A stretch of 63,045 nt of DNA, filler included, from Choristocarpus tenellus KU-1152 (Eukaryota; Protista; Phaeophyceae), in the NCBI GenBank assembly GCA_964200185.2. It is 11 parts of 11 records of this genome, joined end to end, with 100 filler letters (N's around TTAATTAATTAA, not from the genome) between each part and the next. Parts side by side here need not be neighbours in the genome. Positions count along the whole stretch, not along the records: positions 54,789 to 57,842 come from CAXNAD020022650.1; positions 57,943 to 63,045 come from CAXNAD020011863.1; 9 more parts are not named here. One strand, 5' to 3'. Positions within the stretch are counted from its first letter, which is position 1, and every line of letters starts with the position of its first letter. The notes under the pieces are model-generated. The model had not been told where the DNA came from. It ran no database searches and saw nothing but the letters and a program-made list of their open reading frames with translations. Below, piece after piece: positions 54,789 through 63,045 of this stretch. A program made the translations under genes and the position numbers.

Positions 54789-57700
54789 TATGCACTCTGA
54801 ATATCACAAACGGTGATAAATTTGGCACCCCCAACAGTATCAATATGAGACTCCATATCAGGCATAGGCCAAGACTGTCGAACAAGGTGTTTGTTAACAG
54901 TTGACTTATGATCTACACAGAATCGTGGGGAGCCATCAGATTTGGCCACAGTAGTAACAGGACTACCCCAAGGGCTGGCACGTTTTTCAATAATGCCTTG
55001 CTCTTCCATAGTATTAACACACGAGTCAATTACTTGTTGAGTACGGGGGTTTGCTCTGTAAGGGTTCCTGTCAACAGGTTTGGTACCAGGCTCTATAGGA
55101 ATTTCTGCTTCAGCTAACGTACATCTGCCTAGTTCTGCTGCATTCAACGAAAATACCGATCTATAACGAGCACAGAGGTCTAAACGTTGAGACACTTGTG
55201 ACTGATTGAACGTGGTATCTTTGAATGCGTTTGACTTGGTGAAGGCTTGATGTAACTCCTCTCTAGCTTTACTGAACGGAGCAGAATCAGTATTTAGAGC
55301 ACTAACAGTAATTGGTACCTGATCGAAATAGGGGTTAAGTGACCTATCACAAGATGCTTCCTGATACGTACTTTCCGTGTTGTTGGATTTGCCATTTGAA
55401 CCAGTACCGATCTATTACTTGCTGACCAAGTACTGAGAGTGCGAGCAGCTACGATACGATTCCATGGGTGTGTAGGTTCAGTGGTTTGATCTACAGCAGG
55501 CATGGAGTGTATGACTGGCTCCACTACTACGGCGGTATCCAATGACGGACTAGTATCAGTGGTGCAACCTACGATGATTTCATGACCAGCTGGTATGTGA
55601 TACTGTTTATGTACACGAACAGGTATAGGGTCAAAATCATGTTGCACACTCACCACAGAGCACGAAGGAGTTGTACTTGTATCACGTACTTGAGTGGGGC
55701 TCCTTGTCATGTGATGTCTTGCTGGAATGGTACACGAACTGTTGTGAAATGAAAGGCGTTGTTCTTGCCAATCAAGGATTGCACCGAATGCCTGCATAAC
55801 ACTATTACCAAGCAGAAGTTTATCGGGACCAAGTTGGGGAATCACTAAAGCTTCAACTGGCAATGTGGTGTCACCAAGTGTAAGCACAAAACCAATAAAT
55901 CCACGGATATGCAAAGGTGAACCATTTGCTGCACGTAGATTTATTGCACCAGGTGGGACAGGATGCACATCAAAACGTTTCAGTTGAGGGTGATTGCGAA
56001 CAAATATTTCAGAAATACATGGTACATCACTGGCTGTGTCAATTGTCAAGTCATTTTCTTCTTGTTCTTCCACGGTGCAAGATACATGCACCCTTTGTGA
56101 TGAAAACGACAAAGGTTTGGGCATGGATGGATATCTGCACAAAGAACTGTTGAACCAAGTTTCATTATTATTACACGAGTTTGGTTGAACTAATGGCAAA
56201 GAAAAATGCTTAGTGACACGCGTGCAGGCAATAAACGATGCCTGCGGGGCAAGAGGTGTGACTGGTGTCAACCTCTGACGCTTGTCACTCCCTACGATGG
56301 TGTCAACTACAACACCATGGCTGCTCCCAAGTAGACAGGAGTCAAATCCACCTGGGCACCCCTAGGGACGCAGACCATAATGGCCAGGTGTTGACTCACT
56401 GTCCTCACGAACACGAACACGACTTCCACAATCCCTGCCTCTACGACGCAAGTATGGCAAACAAGCACCCCGCGGATTGTCCAGGCACGACTGGGTTGTG
56501 TGACCCTCACGAGTCGCAGCCTGACAACCCGGGTACTGGCACACACTATTTTGCTGATCCATGGTGTACATCAAACTGGACGGTGAGGCTGAATAGGGCG
56601 ACGTGTCTTGGGGTTGCCTTGGTCTGTCAGTGTGCACAGCTGAGGGAGGTGGACCCGCCGACGACCGAGCTGGGGCCCTGTTGAGGGTTGCCTCCCCGGC
56701 TCGGTGACGTTCCACCTCCGTACGGAGCCGTTGGCACTCTCGTTGCGATTGCTCAAGTTTGCTACGAGGAACCTGTCCGCGACGAGAACTGTGATTCACA
56801 ACACTCGTGTAAGTCATGGGGTTGGGGTTATGGCCAGACAAATGGTTAGCTTCATGCCGTTTGGCACGATCACGAGCTTGTGCAAACGAGGTGGCAGGTT
56901 CGTCCCGAATCTGTTCAAGACGAATTGCAGGGAGTAAGCCATCTTCCATCAGCGTAATCTTCAGTTGCTCGACAAGCAAAGCTTTCATGTCAACTGCATC
57001 TGAGGACGACGTTGTGCGATGAACATCATCCAAAAAACGATTCATTGCTGTGGTGCAACGTAAAGTGTACTGATCAACAGATTCATTCTCCCCCTGTTTC
57101 AAGGACGTTAGTCGACGGGCCGATACACTTACAGCCTGGGCGGGAGTGAACGCAGTGATAAGGGCTTTCTGGACATCCTCCCAAGTCTTTGGTGGTGTAA
57201 TGGGGATGGGAGTGTCAAGAGACGATTGTAAACGAGCCAGATCACTGGTTGAACGCCACTCTACTGTGCCTGCCAACGCCTGAAAGTAAACAGTTTCAGC
57301 TGGTCCTTGAAGAATTTTCGGTAAAAATTCTACACATCGAGCATTGGTTGTCTCAGGGAATGCAGAACCATACTGCCTAGAGTGCAAGGAAATCGCCACA
57401 TGCCATTTGGAAAACAAGAGTGGTAAATTTTCTTCTCCCGAACCTGTAATGAAAAGATCAGATGGTATTTCCGAAGCGGAAAACCTGAAACAACTCGCTT
57501 CTGATATTGATGGTGGACGTGTGGCGTCACTACCCTGTGGAAGGGGTCTTACTTGATCGGAGTCCATTCCCTGAGCTTGCAGCTTCATTAAATCCTGAAG
57601 CCATCCAGGAGGCACTGTGTTTGTTCTGGTGCACTCGTTAACGTGGTGCGCGATGTACGATGGCACAGAATCCCCGAACTGTGCCTGTGACATGGCCACC

Positions 57701-57804
57701 TCACAAGTAGTGGAACTTGTGGGTGGGACTGGTTCTCCCTGGAAAAGGACTCGACAAGTGTCACGGTCGCCCGAGCTAACACGATGCTCGAGGGTCGACG
57801 ACAC
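54789..57804 (-). mobile_element. Ty3/gypsy LTR retrotransposon internal region: gag, protease, start of RT
   Basis: Gag 57804-56362 (LTSLKQGENESVDQY, GLLPAIR, Cys/His knuckle), aspartic protease 56271-55294 (LTIDTASD, LLLGNS) and RT from 55195 (PYR..IEKRASPWGSPVTTVAKSDGSPRFCVDH..WPMPDMESHID..FITVCDIQSA). Frameshifts lie between PR and RT. Confidence 0.93.
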
Positions 57805-57954
57805 GGGTCTGACCTTTGCCTGCCTATCTGTAAGGGGGGAAGNNNNNNNNNNNNNNNNNNNNNNNNNNNNNNNNNNNNNNNNNNNNTTAATTAATTAANN
57901 NNNNNNNNNNNNNNNNNNNNNNNNNNNNNNNNNNNNNNNNNNTAGACGCATAGG

Positions 57955-58124
57955 GTCGGGGGGGGGGGGGGAGGTCTTCACCAGGGTGTCCTTTTGGGGC
58001 AAAATCAGGAAAAGTGCATTTACATTTTCCATGCGATGTATGCAACCAAATCACCCAAAAATCGTGACATGGAAAAATTGACTCCAAATGGACAGCCGCC
58101 ATTCCCCCCCAGATACTTTGAGCC
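57955..58124. mobile_element. MITE family A (truncated by contig start)
   Basis: Ends CCCCCCAGATACTTTGAGCC. Confidence 0.85.
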
Positions 58125-58188
58125 TTAGGTTGTCCTGTATATTACTGCTTAGATTATCCCTTAAAGTTTTTGCTTGGCAGGACAGTCT

Positions 58189-58446
58189 GAGCCAAAGTAT
58201 CTTAGAGGGTAGAGCCGTGTCCATTTGGGGCCAACATCCAATATTGCGATTTTGATGTAATTTTGTCTATCGTGTTTGTTAGGAAGTGTCAATATCCTTA
58301 TTGCAGACACACCTTATCATAACGTATACATCTTACCTACTCCGAAATATTTTGGAGTAGGAAAATGTCATAAAAAAATCCGAGGGAAGCCAAGCCCCAA
58401 ATGTACAAAAAGGGCAAAACTCGTACCCTCTAAGATACTTTCACTC
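58189..58446. mobile_element. MITE family B, 3-bp TSD TCT
   Basis: GAGCCAAAGTATCTTAGAGGGTA...TACCCTCTAAGATACTTTCACTC; TCT on both flanks. Confidence 0.9.
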
Positions 58447-58771
58447 TCTGTTCCTCCTTTGACCCACTTGCTGAGATTGGTCAATTTTGTTTGCCACTAT
58501 ATCTCACAGTGAGCCTATATTCAACTTTGGATTTTCAAACATGTGTGTTGCATGTGTGTAGTCCTGTGACATAGCATCTGAAAAAGGGGATATTGAATGT
58601 AGTACCAGCCTGTACCCTTACGCACTCCCATACATACAGCAACACACATGCTGGGAATAGGTGTGTACCTATTAGTGATTCCAGCATGGGAATTGCTTTT
58701 CCTCTTGTATTATGTTGTTCACCTACAATCAAACAGCTCTGCAACATGTTCATTTTGAAATACAATGGAAG

Positions 58772-61183
58772 GTCGGTTTACCGCGTGGCTGTGGTGGACT
58801 TTGATGTGCATTCAACCTGTGGTACCAGGGACATTTTGTGCCGCACAATGGAACCTGCATTCCTCTATGCTTCCTTAGCTCCTGAACGTCAAGGTGGGGC
58901 TATTACCAAATAGGATCATGAAACGTAAGATGAGAGCTGAATCATGCCAGTTAGGGTGAGGACAGTCCTTGACATATTTCGGTTGGGCTTATGAATGATA
59001 TTAGGAAGGGGATCTGCTTCTCTACTTTATGAGTGAGGTTAAAGCTTGTTTGATATCCGGGTTTTCTGGATCTACAAAATGTCTGTACTTTGGCTACTGA
59101 GTAAAAAGCAGAGGTATTGAGAGTTGCATTCTAAGGATGTTTGAGAAATATGTGCAAAATAGTGGGTAGAGGATAACATCTGACATGTGTTGGAAACGTT
59201 TTTAACGATGGAGAAATAAACATCTCAAATCAAACTTAGAACTTTACTTTATTCATAGCAATATGGGTTAATTGCCAAAAATATACTTCAAATTCAAAAG
59301 GTCAAAGCCTGAGTAACCTCTTGTTTACTTTAGCTCACTAAATTTTTGATTCCTTGAAGGCATACTCTGTAGAGACCATACTTCTCTCACGTACAAGCAG
59401 GTATTGGCTGTACATGGCATTTGAAATAGGATTTCGTAGTTCATTCTTTTTTTTTAAAGGGTCATTAATCCCCTCCCCCCTCATCAATATTTCCCATGCC
59501 TTCAAACGGATTTTTTAAAGTTGTAGTGGTACGTCTTTATCTTCAATGTGTTTGCAGTGTATTGACATTATACTTGTAAAGGTGCTGTGTAGTGTCGAGT
59601 AGTGGAAGGGTAATGGCATCACCAAATTTGAAAGCTGATTCACACTCAGGTCTCTCCATACTTAACTTCAATCAAAAAGCAAGGTTGATAACAAGACCTG
59701 AAGCTGTAGACTCCACCTTTCCTTCTGCATCAACAAGTTTCAAAACGGCAAGAAGTACCATGTTGTGACTAGGGTAGTATAATTTCAACAGTTATATGGA
59801 TGTCTTTACATTAGTGCAATTTCAAATATCTTTTTGAAGAGCTTATTTAGGCGATGGACATAGCAAATGTTTGAAGTATATGATATGCGCACACACACTT
59901 ACAGATCATTCTCATACCTAAACATAAAATCACTTCTAGAGCACGGACATCTTCCTGAAGGAGCAACACCTCACCCAAATGCTCTGGATATTCCGGTGGG
60001 TGAGCGTCTGACAAGGCAAGGCCTGGATTGGGGAGAGGATGATGATAACTTTGAGGAGGGGGTTCGAAGGGGTGGAGGTGTGGCAGCTCTTGAGATTGCA
60101 CTTGAGGACTTCCGACCAGATCTAATCATGCTATCTGCTTCTTTTGATGGGAGGGAGGGACACCCATGTGGACTGGGCTCAATGTTGGCCACAGACTATG
60201 AATGGCTGACAAGAGAGGTGAGATGGGATGCTTGGGTAGGGCAAGAATGACGTGTACATATACACTTAGAAACATTATTTTGTATCATATTGACTGTTGA
60301 AGTATATATTGAGTATTGATACTTGTGCTGCCTCATTTGGAAAAAGAAGGTGAATGCAGTTACAAGCACCCCTGCACAAGTGGTGTGATAGAGTGATGTC
60401 CTATCCAGCAGGAGTTCAGCACTCTGAACTTGATATACCTTTGGGAAAAGATCTAAATAAGAGATACATTGGAATCATTGACTACGTTCAGCAAACGTTG
60501 AATCGCTGTTTCCAAAGTCTTCCTCGTTGATTTAGACATAGTTGATGAGGTTTTACTCTTGTCCAGAAGACGACCAGAAAGGCAATGAATTCTCCATCAA
60601 TTATGAATATGTGTCTAACTTTGTCTCACTCAGTCTTGATATTGTGGGGTGCCCATATTGTCCTTGTTTGGTGGATCAGTAGCTTTCTAACTCGCCTGAG
60701 TAACAGAGGTTTATCCCCCTTCCATAACTCAGATTCTCCAATCACCCTGACAGCCTGTTGTCATCATTGACCACATGTGATATTAATATAAATCTATGAG
60801 CTCAGATTGTGCACATGGCGAGGCGACTTTGTGCTGGCCGTGTGATTTCAGTCCTGGAGAGTGGATGTGTAGTGGCTGCTGAGGAGGAAGCAGCTGCCAG
60901 TGCGAGTGAAATTGATGAGGCAGGATTGGTTGTAATGTTGGAGGTAGGGGTGGAGAGTGAGAACACATGGCAAGGGCCTAGAGAAGGAGTTTTCACCAAG
61001 GTGGAATACTCAAAGATATCCAGGCACGCAGGCAAGGGCAAGGGAAAGGGAAGGGCCAAACTGGCGTCAGGGTTGGTTCACAGTAGGGAAAAAAAAGAGA
61101 TCCAGGACCACAAAAAGGATAGAGAGAGGATCACCAGTGAGCTTGAGTGCCTCAAGGGGCACTTGAGAGGATTGCTGGGATGA
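58772..61183 (+). CDS. Divergent class II-like histone deacetylase domain protein (3' exons)
   Basis: Exons 58772-58893 (RVAVVDFDVHSTCGT), 59940-60217 (FRPDLIMLSASFDG..DYEWLT) and 60806-61183 (LCAGRVISVLESGC..stop), phase-consistent. Confidence 0.85.
59099..59336. mobile_element. MITE family C, 3-bp TSD ACT
   Basis: GAGTAAAAAGCAGAGGT...ACCTCTTGTTTACTTTAGCTC; ACT on both flanks. Confidence 0.75.
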
Positions 61184-61548
61184 CTTTGAGATTTGATGAG
61201 ATGTAGAGGTAAGTGGTGGGGTGAGGGAGACCATGATGTTGCGTATGGTGTAGGTTAGGGTTTGTCAAGGTCTGCAGCCTTGGTAAAAGGCTTCGCATGA
61301 CTCACGGCTATGCACAACTCTGCGAGGGTCAGCATATACTGCATTGAAGAGTACTTCCAAGCATTTTTTCCATTGAAGCCTCTGAGTTTTGTTTCAAGCA
61401 GCTCATGCTATGAGTCGTTGCGATTTCACATTTTACTACAAGCGTCTTTGATGCAGTGAAAGCAAAACCCTACTATAGTTTATACATAGAGGCAGGGATA
61501 GACACAACAGCTGACACAAATTGCGTTTGGTGGGCATTTTGATGTAGT

Positions 61549-61731
61549 GTCTCAAAGCATCTGGGGGGGGTGGCGGCTGTCCATTTGGGACCAATTTTTT
61601 CATGTTGCGATTTTTGGATGATCTGGTTCCATACTTTGGATGGATAATGAAAGCACACTTTTCTTGGTTTTGGTCCAAATGGACACCCTGTTGTAGACCC
61701 CCCCCCCCCCCCCCCCCAGATACTTTGGGTC
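61549..61731. mobile_element. MITE family A, 3-bp TSD AGT
   Basis: GTCTCAAAGCATCTG...CAGATACTTTGGGTC; AGT on both flanks. Confidence 0.87.
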
Positions 61732-63045
61732 AGTACAAACTACCAGTAGCAAGGGATGTCGACTATTAGTAGGAATAGGTATGCAGCAAATGGAGGTAGA
61801 GCGCATGGTTCTCCATATGATGATAGAACACACTTTGGAAGTGACTGTTAAATATCTCCATGTTGCCCATGCAGAACCAAATATTGAGGGTGCACTGTGC
61901 CTTTCCGCTTGTCTGGGAATCTTGCCAGTCGATTGTACGTCATGAATTTTACTCCTCTTCAAGCAATGATATGAAACGGTTTGAAGTATTCCATTATAGC
62001 TGTAGGTAGTGCTTGTGCTTTCACATGCTGTTATTTTATGAAGCATATTTTACAGTAGCAAAACTTCCAAGCTAGTGCTGGTTTGAAATCTTTTTCTTTG
62101 ATATTGAACCTATCCTATCCCACCTAGGTCGTATGGAGGGAAGCACACTGAGCATAGGTCGGGCTTCTGATGTGAGATACATGTAGATGTCTTTGAAAGT
62201 AGTGTAAGTTCTTATTTTTAGAGTAGTGCCGTGCGCAACAGGAGAATCCATAGTCTAAATCATTGCATGCCAACTATCTCTAGCTTATTGCGTGGGCAAT
62301 GGTCATACACATGCATATATGTAGGAAAAAATTCATGGTCTGATGACTTCATGTGCTTTTCATCTATACTTTTTCATTTCTGCTGGTCAGCCTCCCCCTG
62401 GCAGGGTGTTGGACTCTCCTGTGTTCTATGCAACCGAAACACCTATTTGATAGTTCTTCCTGGTTTGCCTTGAATCTCCGTACCACTTTCTATTCCGTGC
62501 TTAGACAGTTCTTTACCTGTGCGGTTTTGATTGCAAAGTGAGTGATATTCTTGCTACTTCCTTTTCCTTTTTCGTTTCACTTGTTCCCTCCTTTCTTTTC
62601 TATGGCCTCTCAGTAAGACCTGTACACTTTTTTTGTAGTAAAGGTGATGTTGGTTATTTTTGAGTTCACTGTATATCGGTGTATGCATGTTGGAGACTTT
62701 TGCATATGCCCACTGAGATGTTACGGATTTTGTCATGACAGGGAACAAGAAGTCGCTTACAATGCAGAGAACCCAACGGACAAGTAGAGTCTGAATTGGC
62801 CGTCGCATGCTCCAACTGTAATGACAGTGTATTTGAAAGCAAGAAACACTCTCCAGACTGTGTGTAATTTTTTATGTCACACCTCGAACATGTAGTGTAA
62901 GATGCAGCTGAAGCTACTTGTGGAGTGGGGCAATAAGAAAAAATAAAACGTACAGAACAATGTAGGAATCCCAAGAGTTAGTTCATGTTTCACTCATTCA
63001 CATGAATACAGAGGCTCAGAGCATCTGGGGGGGGTGTGGCGAGAT

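Overview
Eukaryotic, intron-rich and transposon-rich DNA. Gene structure and TTAGGG tracts suggest a stramenopile such as a brown alga, but this is inference. The window is not one locus: it is 11 small contigs joined by ten artificial 100-bp linkers (N44-TTAATTAATTAA-N44). Hand-spliced partial genes are an RD-repeat protein, an S6K-like AGC kinase, glycyl-tRNA synthetase, a WD40-like protein, a Gly/Gln-rich protein, inositol monophosphatase, a cytochrome-b5-domain protein, a PKD2-like channel and a divergent histone deacetylase. Mobile DNA comprises two related Ty1/copia relics, a Ty3/gypsy element, LINE-like 3' ends and about 30 copies of short TIR elements (MITEs). Four observations stand out. 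(1) The gypsy gag and pol are in frame, separated by one UAG-GGG-UGC stop followed by a predicted pseudoknot, resembling gammaretroviral stop-codon readthrough. (2) At least four MITE families share G(A/G)NNNAAAG-type termini and make a mixture of 3-bp and 4-bp target-site duplications (TSDs). (3) Both copia copies carry a perfect 12-bp palindrome (TGCTAGCTAGCA) where a tRNA primer-binding site (PBS) is expected. (4) The HDAC lacks the catalytic tyrosine (LEGGY is LESGC).
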